Positions 1 through 10,884 of a DNA stretch of 64,000 bases are shown in pieces. Source of the DNA: Alphaproteobacteria bacterium (lineage in GTDB: Bacteria > Pseudomonadota > Alphaproteobacteria > Bin95). Both the position numbers and the translations under genes were made by a program. Under the pieces are notes generated by a model. It made no database searches. It was not told where the DNA came from and worked only from the letters and a program-made list of their open reading frames with translations. Location of the stretch: contig OZ219785.1 in the NCBI GenBank assembly GCA_964291285.2, forward strand, positions 32,001 through 96,000, given 5' to 3'. Position 1 is the first letter of the stretch. The number at the start of each line of letters is the position of its first letter.

Positions 1-1178
1 GCCCTTTCGTTCACCGCGAAGGCCATGAGCAGGCCGCTCGCCAGCACGGCGCCGGCCAGCAGAAAGGAGAGCGCGCCATAGCCGAAATGGGCAATCAGCG
101 CGCCTCCGATCGCCGCGCCTGCGGCAGTGCCGCCCCAATTGCTGCTGGATATGACGCCTGCGAACGCGCCGCGGGAATCGCCCCCGTTCTCGGTGATCAG
201 AATCGAGAGAACGGTGGTGACGGGAACGACCAGCAACATGAAGAGGCCTGCCGCCGACCCCGAGAATTAGGTTCCCCAGCCCAGGAGGAATATGCCCAGC
301 GCCGGCGCGGCGGCGGCGAGCAGCAGGGCGGCCGTAATGCCGAGCCGCCTGCGCATGCGCCCTATCCTTCCGGCCAGCAGCGGCGCCACGGCCATCCAGA
401 GGGCCACTGCCGCCATGGGCAGCCCGACCTCCGCAGTTCTGAGGCCGTAGGTCAGGATCAGATAGGGCGGCAGGAAGGTGAGAACCGCCCCCCAGGCGCC
501 GCGGGCCAGCACATTCGTGCCGGCCATGCACCAGGTGACCCGGAATGCGGCGACCCTCATCATCCGTCCGGCCAGGTTCGCGCGGCTTGCCGGCGGCCGG
601 CGGTGCGGCACGAGCAGGAGGAGCAGCAGCGCAGACAGGAGCAACACCAGCCCCAGCGCCAGGAAGGGAACGCGCCAGCCGGCGAAGTCGCCGACCACGG
701 CAGCCAGAGGGACCCCCAGCAGGATGCTCATTCCGGGCTGCATGGTCAGGGTCGCGATGGACCGGGGCTGGCGGCTGTGCCCGATCAGATCTCCGACCAG
801 CGCAATGCATGTCGGGGGCACCATGCCGCCGCCGACCCCGACCAGCAGGCTGAAGCCCAATGCCGCGGCGAATGTCGGGGCGAACGCGATGCCGAGCGAC
901 CCGGCCGCCAGCAGGCAGAGCCCGACAAGCAGCACCGGCTTGCGTCCGTATGCGTCGGAGACGGGCCCTGCCACCAGGGCCGTCACCGCCCAGACCGCGG
1001 CGGCCGCCGTGACGAGCTGGCCCGCAAGGGGAACCGTGACGCCAAGCGCCCCGGCCATGTCCACGAGCAGCGGCCCCAGCATCGCCACCGCCGTGACTAC
1101 CAGGAACACGGCAAGCGCCATGCTGCCCATCAGCAGCGGGTAGGCTTTTTCGTCACCGGAATCGCGTAACGCAGACAT
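1..1178 (-). pseudogene. MFS transporter with a premature in-frame stop (runs off the window start)
   Basis: Multi-TM protein with MFS motif A (GPVSDAYGRK). TAA at 267-269 is followed in frame by more TM sequence (FSGSAAGLFMLLVVPV...GAAIGGALIAHFGY...). Confidence 0.8.
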
Positions 1179-1268
1179 TGGTTCCGTATGAGCCGCGGGG
1201 CCTTGGCGCCTGGGCCTGTCCGGCCCCGCTCGTTCCCCGGGACGGACCCCGGATTATGGCACAGCGAT

Positions 1269-2273
1269 TCAGGCGCCTCCGCCCAGTCCCGCCAGCAGGG
1301 TTTCGCGGGGCAGGCCGCGGGTGATGAAGACGAGGCGCGAGCGGCGGTCCTCGTCCGGCCATGCGTCCATGCGCGTCGGCGACTGGAAGATGTGCTGCAC
1401 GCCGTGGACGACCACCGGTCCGTCCTCGCCCTCCAGGTTCAGGATTCCCTTGACCCGCAGCAGCTGCCTGCCATGGCGGTTGCGCAGGTCGGCCAGCCAG
1501 CGCGAAAACGCCAGCCAGTCGACGGGCTCTTCGAAGACCAGCGACACCGTGTCGATGTCGCTGAGGTCGTGGCCGTGCTCATGGTCGTGCCCGTGCGCGT
1601 CCTCCTCTTCGCCCGCGAGGCCGAGCCAGCTTGCGTCGGCCGTGTCGAGGCCGAAGAGGAAATCGGGCGGCACCGCGCCCATCGCCGCCTCGCGCCGCTC
1701 TGCGCCGGGGGCGAGGCGGTCCAGCAGTTCGACCAGCGCTTCCGGCGCGGCATCCTCGCGGTCGCATTTGGTCACCACGATGCGGTCGGCAAGCGCCACC
1801 TGTTTCACGGCCTCCGGCTGGTCGCGGAGATGGCCCGGCCCGAGCACGCCGTCCACCGTCGCCGCGACGCCGTCCAGCCGGTAGAAATTCGAGACCAGCG
1901 GATTGTTCAGCAGCGTCTGTGCGATGGGTGCGGGGTCCGCAAGGCCTGTCGTCTCCACCGCCACCCGCTCGAAAGGCGGCACCTCGCCGTCCCGCCGGCG
2001 GGCCAGCAGGTCGCGCAGCGTCTCCTCCAGGTCGGAGCGCAGCTGGCAGCACACGCAGCCGCCGTTCACCACCATGGTCTCGCCGTCCACCGCCTCCACC
2101 AGCAGGTGGTCGAGCGCGATATCGCCGAACTCGTTCACGATCACCGCCGTGCCGGCCATGGCGGGGTCGCGCAGGAGCGCGTTCAGCAGGGTGGTCTTGC
2201 CGCTGCCGAGGAAACCGGTCAGCACGGTGACCGGGATGCGCGCCTCCGGCGCGTGGGCTTCGAAAAGACTCAT
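1269..2273 (-). CDS. CobW/COG0523 family GTPase (metallochaperone)
   Basis: [10 protein letters not shown]-loop, [17 protein letters not shown], His-rich HGHDHEHGH linker, LLRVKG C-terminal domain. Start set at MSLFEAH (2273). Confidence 0.92.
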   Translation of the reverse strand: MSLFEAHAPEARIPVTVLTGFLGSGKTTLLNALLRDPAMAGTAVIVNEFGDIALDHLLVEAVDGETMVVNGGCVCCQLRSDLEETLRDLLARRRDGEVPPFERVAVETTGLADPAPIAQTLLNNPLVSNFYRLDGVAATVDGVLGPGHLRDQPEAVKQVALADRIVVTKCDREDAAPEALVELLDRLAPGAERREAAMGAVPPDFLFGLDTADASWLGLAGEEEDAHGHDHEHGHDLSDIDTVSLVFEEPVDWLAFSRWLADLRNRHGRQLLRVKGILNLEGEDGPVVVHGVQHIFQSPTRMDAWPDEDRRSRLVFITRGLPRETLLAGLGGGA

Positions 2274-2702
2274 CGGCTGTGCTTTTTCTCGTTTGCCTCT
2301 CTTGACCTGCCGGCGAACCGGGGCACAGGATACAGTCCTACAATTACCGGAACCGCCGCAAGGGGAGTGAATCACATGATCTTCAGCAAGTTCGAGTCGC
2401 TGCCGGCGACGGCCGATATCGAGTCGCCGGACCGTCGGAGTTTCATGCGGACTGCGGCCGTCGGCGCGGGCGCCGTGGCGGCTGCCGGCGCGGCGATGAC
2501 CGGCGGCGGCGTCCAGGAAGCCAGGGCGGACAGCCACATGACGCCCATCGGCGAGAAGTGGTGGCCGTCGCGCTGGGGCGAGGGCGACCAGGCGGGCGCC
2601 TCCAACTGGATGACGCCGGAGAAGACGCTCGACGCGGTGAAGTGGATCAAGAACGGCAAGATCACCCGCATCGGGCGCGACTACGAGCCGAGCATTCCCT
2701 TT

Positions 2703-3729
2703 CCTGCTTATTCTCAAGGATCATCCTGCAATGAGTAGTTGATATGGGATGGGTTGTGTTCTGACGGCGCTGTGAAGGAAGCGTGGGATCATGGAGTTGA
2801 GTTGGTATCGTCGGTTGTATCGCCATGCGAAGCTGGCGAGGTAGCGTTCGGCATGGTCGGGACCGAGCTTTCGGTAGGTTCCGGCGATGGCGCTCTTGAT
2901 GTTGCCGAGGGTCGTGTTGACCCATTTGAAGGGGGCCATGCGGGCTGCCCGGCGGCCTGAGCCGGTACGGATGGCGCTGTGGCTTGCGGCGATGCCGTCG
3001 AGGGCGTTCCAGCAGTGCAGGGCATCGGTGACGACCTCCGTCCCCGGGGCCAGCCAGCGTTTGGCGCCGCGCGCGATCTCGCGCTTGCGGAAGCCCCTGA
3101 CCGGGACGAGCTTGACCTTGCGCGGAGCCCCTTCGGCGCTGGTCGAGACCGCCGCCACGAAGGGCGTCTTGCCCGGCGCGCCCCGGCCGCGCTTGCCGCC
3201 GGAGCGCGACCCGCCGAGATAGGCGTCGTCCATCTCGACCCGTCCTTCGAGCCGCGTGTCGGCTTCGCGCCGGGCCATCACCGCCATGATCTTCTGCTTC
3301 ATGCTCCAGGCGGTCGGCTGCCTGACCCCGAGGCGGCGACCGAGTTCCACCGACGAAATGCCGTTCTTCGCCGTCACCACAAGGTGGATCGCCGCAAACC
3401 ACAACGTCAGGGGCAGCTTGGTCGAGTGGAAGATCGTCCCCGACGTCACCGAAACCTGCTTCTTGCAGCGGTTGCACTGGTAAAGCCTGCGCCCGGCAAG
3501 AATGCAGTGCCCCCGATGCCCGCAGGAGCCGCACTCGAAACCGTTCGGCCAGCGCAATCGGGCTAGCACCGCCCGGCACTGATCCTCCGTGCCGAACGAC
3601 GCTCGGAACGCATCGTCGCTCAAGCCACGAACACGCGATGCAACCTTGAATGCCATATCCATGACCTCCCGATAACAGAAACCCTTCCAAACCTACAATC
3701 TCACAAGATGACTCTCAAGAATAAGCAGG
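2703..3729 (-). mobile_element. IS1595-family insertion sequence, 1027 bp
   Basis: Terminal IRs cctgcttattct.../...agaataagcagg. 8-bp target duplication TTCCCTTT at 2695-2702 and 3730-3737. Confidence 0.93.
2721..3662 (-). CDS. IS1595-family transposase
   Basis: Zn ribbon (CGSC...CNRC), GTIFHSTKLPL, VEMDD, VVTD, YLASFAWRYNRR. Confidence 0.93.
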   Translation of the reverse strand: MDMAFKVASRVRGLSDDAFRASFGTEDQCRAVLARLRWPNGFECGSCGHRGHCILAGRRLYQCNRCKKQVSVTSGTIFHSTKLPLTLWFAAIHLVVTAKNGISSVELGRRLGVRQPTAWSMKQKIMAVMARREADTRLEGRVEMDDAYLGGSRSGGKRGRGAPGKTPFVAAVSTSAEGAPRKVKLVPVRGFRKREIARGAKRWLAPGTEVVTDALHCWNALDGIAASHSAIRTGSGRRAARMAPFKWVNTTLGNIKSAIAGTYRKLGPDHAERYLASFAWRYNRRYQLNSMIPRFLHSAVRTQPIPYQLLIAG

Positions 3730-4494
3730 TTCCCTTTTTCGGCCCGCGCGGCTTCGCGCTCCGCATCCCCGGCGGCCCGACCGGCGGCCCGTTCGGCGAG
3801 AACATGCTCGTCTATAACGACGAGTATCTCGCGACCGAAATCGGCCAGGTGGGCACGCAGTTCGACGGACTCGGCCATATCGGCGCAATTGTCGGCTCGA
3901 CGACCGACAAGGCCGACCACCGCTACTATAACGGCTTCACCGGGGCCGAGGTCGAGGGCGCCTACGGGCTCCAGAAGATCGGCATGGAGCATGTCAAGCC
4001 GTTCTTCACCCGCGGCCACCTGATCGATGTGAAGCCGCAGCAGGCGTGGGACGTCGGCAACGAGATCACCCCGGCGCATGTCGATACCGCGCTCGCCGCC
4101 CAGGGCATGTCGCTCGACGACATCAAGGAAGGCGACGCCGTGTTCTTCAACACCGGCTGGGGCGACCTCTGGATGAAGAACAACGACCGCTTCAACTCCG
4201 GCTGCCCCGGCATCGGCATGGATGTCGCGAAGATCCTGGTGGACAAGGGCATCTGCGTCGCCGGCGCGGACACCTGGCCGGTCGAGGTGGTGCCGAACCC
4301 GGACCCGAAGAAGGCGTTCGTGGTGCACAACGAGCTCATCACCCGCAACGGCATCTACATCCACGAGAACCTGATCTTCGACGAGCTGATCGCCGACGGC
4401 GCGTACCAGTTCGTCTATGTGTTCGCGCCGCTGCCGATCAAGGGCGGCACCGGCTCGATCGGCAATCCGGTCGCGATCACCTGATCCGGCGTCT

Positions 4495-4529
4495 TTCCCG
4501 CGGGCGCGTCGCCGCCCGCGGGGACTTTT
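4495..4529. terminator. hairpin between the convergent cyclase and fumarase genes
   Basis: cccgcgggcg...cgcccgcggg stem followed by a short T run. Confidence 0.55.
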
Positions 4530-4538
4530 CCCTTCCGC

Positions 4539-6149
4539 TCAGATCCCGGCGAAGAAGTCGTTGCCCTTGTCGTCGATGACGATGAAGGCGGGGAAGTCCT
4601 CGACCTCGATACGCCAGATCGCCTCCATGCCGAGCTCGGGATATTCCACGACCTCCACCCTGCGGATATGGTCCTGGGCAAGCCGCGCCGCCGAGCCGCC
4701 GACCGAGCCCAGATAGAAACCGCCATGCGCCTTGCAGGCCGCCGTCACCTGCGCGGAGCGGTTGCCCTTGGCGAGCATGACATGGCTGCCGCCGGCGGCC
4801 TGGAAGGCGTCCACGAAGGCGTCCATGCGCCCGGCCGTGGTCGGCCCGAACGAGCCGGACGCCATGCCCTCCGGCGTCTTGGCGGGGCCGGCATAGTAGA
4901 TCGGATGGTCGCGGAAATAGTCCGGCATGGCTTCGCCCGCCACCAGCCGCGCCTCGATCTTCTGGTGCGCGAGGTCGCGGGCCACCGTGATCGGGCCGGT
5001 CAGCGCAAGCCGGGTGCGGATCGGGTGGCGCGAGAGTTCGGCCCGGATCTCGTCCATCGGCCGGTTGAGGTCGAGCGCCACCTCCTCGCCGCCGAGCATG
5101 TCCGCGTCCGTCTCCGGCAGAAAGCGCGCCGGGTCGCGTTCCAGCGCCTCCAGGAAGACGCCGTCGCGGGTGATCCTGGCCAGCGCCTGGCGATCGGCCG
5201 AGCAGGACACGCCAATGCCGATCGGCAATGAGGCGCCGTGGCGCGGCAGCCGTACGACGCGCACGTCGTGGCAGAAATACTTGCCGCCGAACTGCGCCCC
5301 GATGCCCATGGCGCGCGTCGCCTCGAGGATTTGCTCTTCCATGCCCCGGTCGCGGTAGGCGAACCCATGCGGCCCGCCCTCCGTCGGCAGGCCGTCGAGA
5401 TAGCCGGTGCTGGCGAGCTTCACAGTCTTCAGGTTGAGCTCCGCCGACGTGCCGCCGATGGTGACCGCCAGGTGGTATGGCGGACAGGCGGCGGTGCCGA
5501 GCGTGCGGATCTTCTCGTCGATGAAGGCGAGCAGCCGGTCCGGATGCAGGGTCGCCGGCGTCGCCTGGTAGAGGAAGGACTTGTTGGCCGACCCGCCGCC
5601 CTTGGCGATGAACAGCAGCTCGTATTCCTCGCCCGGCGCCGCATAGAGGTCGAACTGGGCCGGCAGGTTGGAGCCGGTGTTGCGCTCCTCGAACATGGAG
5701 ACGGGCGAGAGCTGCGAATAGCGCAGATTGTCCTCCGTGTAGGCGCGGAAGATGCCGCGCGAGAGCGCCTCCTCGTCGCCGCCGCCGGTCAGCACCCGCT
5801 CGCCCTTCTTGCCCATGACGATGGCGGTGCCCGTGTCCTGGCACATGGGCAGCACGCCGCCAGCGGCGATGTTCGCGTTCTTGAGCAGGTCGAGCGCGAC
5901 GAAGCGGTCGTTGGGCGAGGCCTCGGGGTCGTCGAGGATCGAGGCGAGCTGCGCCAGATGGCCGGGCCGCAGCAGGTGCGAGATATCGTGGAACGCCTCG
6001 CGCGCAAGCAGGGTCAGCGCTTCCGGATCGACCGAGACGAAGTCCCTGTCCCGGAGCCGCTCGACGGAGACGAAATCCCCCTCAAGCCGGCGCCACGGGG
6101 TGGCGCCCTTGGCGAGCGGGAACATCTCGTGGAAGGCGAATTCGGGCAT
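4539..6149 (-). CDS. fumA: class I (Fe-S) fumarate hydratase
   Basis: [31 protein letters not shown] and DDKGNDF motifs. Confidence 0.96.
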   Translation of the reverse strand: MPEFAFHEMFPLAKGATPWRRLEGDFVSVERLRDRDFVSVDPEALTLLAREAFHDISHLLRPGHLAQLASILDDPEASPNDRFVALDLLKNANIAAGGVLPMCQDTGTAIVMGKKGERVLTGGGDEEALSRGIFRAYTEDNLRYSQLSPVSMFEERNTGSNLPAQFDLYAAPGEEYELLFIAKGGGSANKSFLYQATPATLHPDRLLAFIDEKIRTLGTAACPPYHLAVTIGGTSAELNLKTVKLASTGYLDGLPTEGGPHGFAYRDRGMEEQILEATRAMGIGAQFGGKYFCHDVRVVRLPRHGASLPIGIGVSCSADRQALARITRDGVFLEALERDPARFLPETDADMLGGEEVALDLNRPMDEIRAELSRHPIRTRLALTGPITVARDLAHQKIEARLVAGEAMPDYFRDHPIYYAGPAKTPEGMASGSFGPTTAGRMDAFVDAFQAAGGSHVMLAKGNRSAQVTAACKAHGGFYLGSVGGSAARLAQDHIRRVEVVEYPELGMEAIWRIEVEDFPAFIVIDDKGNDFFAGI

Positions 6150-6160
6150 GTGCGCGCCCC

Positions 6161-6649
6161 TTATTTCTTGCGGAACCGGTCCAGCGAGACGACATTGCCG
6201 TCACCACCGCCTTCATCCCCCTCGGCGCCGGCGGCGGGCTCCGCGGCACCTTCGGCGGCTTCCTCTTCTGCGGCCGACAGCACGGGCTCGACGCCCTGCC
6301 GGGAGAAGCGCAGGCCGAAATCCACCGACGGGTCGTGGAACACGGTCACCGCCTCCCAGGGAATGTGCAGGCGCTCCTGCACGCGGTTGAAGGACAGTGT
6401 GACCTCGAAATGGGTCGAATGGACATCCAGCCCGTAATACTGGTGCTGGAGCACGATGGTCATCGTTTCGGGATATTGGGAGACGAGGCGCGGCGGCACG
6501 GCCACGGCCGGATGGCGGGTGAGGAAGGTGATGTAGAAATGGTGGTTGCCGGGCAGGCCCTTCTCGGCCACCTCGGTGAGCGCGCGCCGGACCACGCTGC
6601 GCATCGCGTCCTCGACGAGCCGGTCGTAATCAAGAAAGTCCTCGGCCAT
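6161..6649 (-). CDS. sspB: alphaproteobacterial ClpXP adaptor SspB
   Basis: [24 protein letters not shown] and C-terminal [11 protein letters not shown]. Lies next to ssrA. Confidence 0.95.
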   Translation of the reverse strand: MAEDFLDYDRLVEDAMRSVVRRALTEVAEKGLPGNHHFYITFLTRHPAVAVPPRLVSQYPETMTIVLQHQYYGLDVHSTHFEVTLSFNRVQERLHIPWEAVTVFHDPSVDFGLRFSRQGVEPVLSAAEEEAAEGAAEPAAGAEGDEGGGDGNVVSLDRFRKK

Positions 6650-6676
6650 TGTTCCCCCGTCGCGCCCAGCGGTGCG

Positions 6677-6935
6677 GATGGAGGGCTTCTGTTGCCCGGT
6701 GCCCTCCAAACCGCGCTTGCCGAATCAGCGATCAGGCAGCGAGTGCGACCTCATTGTCGTTCGCACTTGAGTTGCGGCCCGATAACGGTGGTACCATGCC
6801 GAGCGAAGACCATGCCTTTACCGCGCACGTCGATCCTGGTTCGCCCCCGCATATGGTGGAGGCGCCGGGTACTGCCCCCGGGTCCGCAACGCTTATTCCG
6901 CATGGCGTTTATCGCCATAGCCGGGCATGCCCAGC
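6677..6935 (-). ncRNA. ssrA: two-piece (circularly permuted) tmRNA, tag ANDNEVALAA
   Basis: Acceptor piece ends ...CCCGGGGGCAGTACCCGGCGCCTCCACCA at 6854. Coding piece starts GGGGGCGAACCAGGATCGAC at 6848. Tag ORF 6764-6732. Outer ends approximate. Confidence 0.95.
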
Positions 6936-6941
6936 GCTCCC

Positions 6942-6970
6942 AATATAGGACGGAAGGCCCCGCCGGGCAA
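6942..6970 (-). promoter_or_regulatory. sigma70-type promoter of ssrA
   Basis: TTGCCC-N17-TATATT directly upstream of the tmRNA. Confidence 0.7.
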
Positions 6971-7036
6971 TCGCGAACGGACTTCCCTCTGAGCACAATC
7001 CGGTATAGCGAAGGGCGGGGAATGCGGAGGTCGGAG

Positions 7037-7843
7037 ATGGGTTCCAAAGGCGGCGGAGGACACATTGCCGGGCTCGCATTGCTGCTGGCCGCCGTTGCGG
7101 CCGAAGCGGCGGCCGGCGGAATTGCGCCGCACCGGGCGCTCTATGAGGTCGGGCTGGTCAGCGCCGACCCGTCTTCCGGCATCGACGCGCTGTCGGGGGC
7201 GGCCGTCTATGAATGGTCGTCCGGCTGCGACAGGATCGTCGTGAACCGCGAGACCCGGCTGTCGGTCCGGCCGCCGGACGGGGCGCCGGTCTCCGTCCGG
7301 GTCGAATTCTCCGCCTGGGAGCAGTTGGACGGCCTGGCCTACGGCTTCGCCGGCAGGACCGTCAGGAACGGCCTCGAGACCGAGGCGCGCAGCGGCACGG
7401 CGCGCCTCGCGGCGGCGGGCGGCGGCGGCGAGGCCGAATACAGCCGGCCGCGCGGACGCCGCCTCCCCCTGGAGCCGGGCACGATGTTTCCCGCTGCCTG
7501 GGTCCGGAGCGTCCTCGACCATGCCAGGGCCGGCAAGGGCCTGCTGACAGGCAGCGTGTTCTTCGGCGAGGACGATGACGCCCTGTTGACGGCAAGCGTG
7601 CTGGTGCTGCCGGAGCACGCGGCAGGCGACGCCCCGGAGGCACCGGAGGCGTTGCACGGCCTCGCCCGCTGGCGCGCGCAGTTCGCCTTCTTCGACGCGG
7701 ACGAAGAAACGCTGCCCGCCTTCGAGTCGACCGAGTGGTTCTATGAAAACGGCGTCGGCGGCGATGCCGTTCTCGCCTTTCCCGAATTCACGATCCGTTA
7801 CCGCCTGAGAGGTGTAAAACTCCACGATCCGCCGGACTGCTAA
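7037..7843 (+). CDS. eipB: DUF1849/EipB-family periplasmic envelope protein
   Basis: Signal peptide followed by APHRALYEV, FSAWE, TMFP and YENGV motifs. GGAGG RBS. Confidence 0.75.
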   Translation: MGSKGGGGHIAGLALLLAAVAAEAAAGGIAPHRALYEVGLVSADPSSGIDALSGAAVYEWSSGCDRIVVNRETRLSVRPPDGAPVSVRVEFSAWEQLDGLAYGFAGRTVRNGLETEARSGTARLAAAGGGGEAEYSRPRGRRLPLEPGTMFPAAWVRSVLDHARAGKGLLTGSVFFGEDDDALLTASVLVLPEHAAGDAPEAPEALHGLARWRAQFAFFDADEETLPAFESTEWFYENGVGGDAVLAFPEFTIRYRLRGVKLHDPPDC

Positions 7844-8014
7844 TGCGGCATTCGTTCGGATCGGGCGGGATACATTGTGCCCATCCCGCGCATCGTATAG
7901 GCTTCGGCCTGGCCCTTTTCGGGAACGTCCTCTTGATTTGGATTCTGTGGGCACGAAGCGCGCGGTCCGGGTTGTATTCCCGCCAGGGCATGTGCGGTTA
8001 GCGGCGCCGGTCCC

Positions 8015-10354
8015 GTGGACAAGCACGACATCGCAGGAGAGCCCTTCGCAGCACGGTTTGCCAGGCGGGTGCTCGCGGCCCGCTGGCCGGTCATCCTCGC
8101 CACACTGGTCATCGTTGCCACCGCTTCCGGCGGCATTGCGCTGCTCGAATTCTCTGCGAATTACCGCATCTTTTTCGATGACGACAATCCACAACTTCTG
8201 GCCTTGGAGAAGCTGGAAAACACGTACGGGAAGAACGAAAATGTCGTGTTCCTGGTCGTTCCGGACAACGGTGACGCTACATCTGAAAAGGCTCTCTCGG
8301 CTGCTGTCTGGCTCACAAAGGCTGCATGGAACACGCCATATTCGCGGCGCGTAGATTCGCTTGCCAATTTTCAATACACGACCGCAGAGGGCGATGAGTT
8401 ATATGTGCGGGATCTTATCGATCCGCAGAAAATATCCGAAGCCGAAACGCGCTCGCAAATCCGCGACACCGCCTTGTCCGACCCGCGTATCGCAGGCAGC
8501 ATTCTGGCCCTGAACGGCGATGTCAGCGTTGTAAATGTCACCGTCGAACTGCCCGAGGACGGTCTTCTGGAGGCCGTGGCCGACGTCGCCGAATTCGCCA
8601 GGTCGGCGGCCGTGGAGGCTGAAGAACGGTTCCCCGGCATAGACCTGCGCATCGTCGGCACGGTCATGATCAACCAGACCTTCGTCGAAGCCTCGATCAG
8701 CAGCCAGATGATCTTCCTGCCCGCAAGCCTTCTGCTCATGGCCCTGGTCCTCGGTATCCTGACCCGGGGCTGGGCGGGGGTGGTGGCGACCGGACTGGTC
8801 ATCGTCTTCTCCATTCTGGCGTCTCTGGGGCTTGGCGCGTGGATCGGCCTGCCCTTCTCCCCGCCTATTTCGCCGGCGCCTACCATCGTGCTGATGATCG
8901 TCGTGGCGAACTGCGTGCATCTGCTTGTGGCCTTGCAGCAACGTCTGCGCGCCGGGGATTCCAGGCACGACGCCATTGTCGAATCCATCGCGCTCAACCT
9001 GCATCCGGTGTTCCTGGCAAGCCTGACGACGGCGCTCGGGTTCCTCAGCATGAACTTTTCCGAAGTGCCGCCCTACCGCCATCTCGGCAACTTCGTCGCC
9101 CTGGGCATCTTCACCTCCTTCATTCTCTCCGTCACATTCATGCCGGCAGTGCTTTCGCTTCTCCCCGTCCGCGCGCCCAGGGAACGCCGGCTCCGGGGAC
9201 CCGCAATGAGCCGCATCGCGGATTCCGTGCTGCGCCGCCGGAAGGCGATCTTCTGGGCATGGGTGGTGATCGTGCCCGCCATGGCTCTGGCCATTCCGCG
9301 CAACGAACTCAACGATGTTCTGGTTCATTTCTTCGACAGGAGCGTCGAGTTTCGCCAGGACACCGACTTCATGGACGAGCGTTTGAGCGGCAATACCGGG
9401 CTCGAATACTCGCTCGAAGCTACCGTCGAGGGCGGTGTCACCGCCCCCCTCTTCCTCGCCGAGGTTTCACAGTTCGCCAGTTGGCTCCGCGAGCAACCCT
9501 CCGTGCGCCACGTGGCGGTCATCACCGACACCTTCCGGCAACTCAACAAGAGCATGCACGGCGACGACCCGGCCGCCTACCGGCTTCCGGAAAGCAAGGA
9601 GCTGGCGGCGCAATACCTGCTGCTCTATGAGCTCTCGCTTCCTGAGGGGCTGAACCTGAACAACCAGATCGACAGATCCAGATCGGCCACGCGGGTGACG
9701 ATATCGGCAAAGACGCTCTACTCGCAGGACGTGCTTGACCTGAACGCGCGCGCCGAAGCCTGGCTGAAGGAAAACGCGCCCCATATAGCCAGCGTCAACA
9801 GCACCGGCCCCTCCGCCCTGTTCGCCTATATCGGGCAGCGCAACATCCGCGCCATGCTGGTCGGCACGCTGGTCGTGCTCCTGGCCATATCCGCGATTCT
9901 CCTCTTCGCCCTCAGGTCGCTCAGGCTCGGACTGATAAGCATCGTTCCCAATCTGGTTCCCGCTATACTGGGCTTCGGCGTCTGGGGTTTGACGGTCGGA
10001 CAGGTGGGCCTCTCCCTGTCGGTCGTGGTGGCCATGACCATAGGCATCGTCGTGGACGACACGGTGCATTTCCTCGCCAAATACCGCCGGGCGCGGCGCG
10101 AATACGGCCATGGCCCCGAAGAAGCGGTGCATTACGCCTTCGACACGGCTGGCCGGGCCCTGTTCACGACGACGGTCGTGCTGGTTGCCGGCTTCCTGTT
10201 ACTCCTGTTCTCTCCGTTCGTTCCCACCGCGCAGGTCGGCATCCTGACCGCAATGATTATCGGCTTCGCGCTCATCGCCGACCTGACGCTCCTGCCGGCG
10301 CTGCTGACGGCACTGGACCGGCGGCCGGGGGAACAGGGCGCGCGTTCGTCCTGA
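8015..10354 (+). CDS. MMPL/RND-family exporter
   Basis: Two MMPL repeats (ASLTTALGF; GIVVDDTVHF) and about 12 TM helices. Adjacent to the RiPP precursor. Confidence 0.9.
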   Translation: MDKHDIAGEPFAARFARRVLAARWPVILATLVIVATASGGIALLEFSANYRIFFDDDNPQLLALEKLENTYGKNENVVFLVVPDNGDATSEKALSAAVWLTKAAWNTPYSRRVDSLANFQYTTAEGDELYVRDLIDPQKISEAETRSQIRDTALSDPRIAGSILALNGDVSVVNVTVELPEDGLLEAVADVAEFARSAAVEAEERFPGIDLRIVGTVMINQTFVEASISSQMIFLPASLLLMALVLGILTRGWAGVVATGLVIVFSILASLGLGAWIGLPFSPPISPAPTIVLMIVVANCVHLLVALQQRLRAGDSRHDAIVESIALNLHPVFLASLTTALGFLSMNFSEVPPYRHLGNFVALGIFTSFILSVTFMPAVLSLLPVRAPRERRLRGPAMSRIADSVLRRRKAIFWAWVVIVPAMALAIPRNELNDVLVHFFDRSVEFRQDTDFMDERLSGNTGLEYSLEATVEGGVTAPLFLAEVSQFASWLREQPSVRHVAVITDTFRQLNKSMHGDDPAAYRLPESKELAAQYLLLYELSLPEGLNLNNQIDRSRSATRVTISAKTLYSQDVLDLNARAEAWLKENAPHIASVNSTGPSALFAYIGQRNIRAMLVGTLVVLLAISAILLFALRSLRLGLISIVPNLVPAILGFGVWGLTVGQVGLSLSVVVAMTIGIVVDDTVHFLAKYRRARREYGHGPEEAVHYAFDTAGRALFTTTVVLVAGFLLLLFSPFVPTAQVGILTAMIIGFALIADLTLLPALLTALDRRPGEQGARSS

Positions 10355-10441
10355 TTCGCTTCATGGCACCCGCCACCGGGAGCACTCAGCCGAATCTATA
10401 AGCGCAAAACCACCGGCGTTTTGAAACGGATATTCAAAATT

Positions 10442-10470
10442 TTGACTTTTCAAAAACCTTGTGTTATAGG
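10442..10470 (+). promoter_or_regulatory. sigma70-type promoter of the RiPP precursor, overlapped by AT-rich palindromes
   Basis: TTGACT-N17-TATAGG with a TG extension. Palindrome ttttgacttttcaaaa covers the -35. Confidence 0.6.
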
Positions 10471-10530
10471 TGTTTATCCAACATTGGGGTGGGTTGGTGT
10501 TGTTCGTCACGTGGAGCGAAGGAGATTGCC

Positions 10531-10782
10531 ATGAGAAGTGGCGATGAAATGCTTCAACAGATCGTTGAGAAGTCCGCCCTGGATACGGATTTCAGGCGGC
10601 AGCTTCTCGCGGATCCGAAGACTGCCATCAGCCAGGAATTGGGCATCACGATTCCCGATTCGATGACCATCAAGGTCCATGAGAGCGACATGCAGACGGT
10701 GCATCTCGCGCTGCCGCCGGACCCCAACATTACCGAGGAGCAGCTCGAAGCCATCTCGGCCGGCCTCTGCTGCTGCTGGTAA
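10531..10782 (+). CDS. NHLP-leader (proteusin) RiPP precursor, core LCCCW (SrpE-like)
   Basis: Nitrile-hydratase-like leader (DTDFRRQLLADPK..VHE..HLALPP), ITEEQLEAISAG double-Gly-type site, then LCCCW-stop. AAGGAG RBS. Confidence 0.93.
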   Translation: MRSGDEMLQQIVEKSALDTDFRRQLLADPKTAISQELGITIPDSMTIKVHESDMQTVHLALPPDPNITEEQLEAISAGLCCCW

Positions 10783-10829
10783 GCTTGAAGGCCGGCAACC
10801 GGCCGGCTGAAGAGAGAGCTTGAACCTTC

Positions 10830-10860
10830 CCCGTCCCCCGGTCCTCCAGCCGGGGGCGGG
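10830..10860. terminator. GC hairpin between the convergent precursor and tailoring operon
   Basis: cccgtcccccgg...ccgggggcggg stem. Confidence 0.55.
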
Positions 10861-10884
10861 TTCTGTCATGCCTGTTTGAATCCG

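Larger units (their letters stand above)
2376..4484 (+). pseudogene. Tat-exported cyclase-family (kynurenine formamidase-like) metal hydrolase, interrupted by IS1595
   Basis: DRRSFMR twin-arginine signal, WGxxDQxG and GTQFDGLGH motifs. The frame ...EPSIPF|FGPRGF... is continuous once 2703-3737 is removed. Confidence 0.88.

Noticed and set aside
3708-3737. Native start of a stand-alone 258-aa cyclase
   Set aside because: The ATG lies within the IS1595 terminal repeat. The true N-terminus is at 2376.
6677-6935. tmRNA as the integration site of the island
   Set aside because: It is flanked by sspB and eipB, and I found no duplicated tmRNA 3' end in the window.
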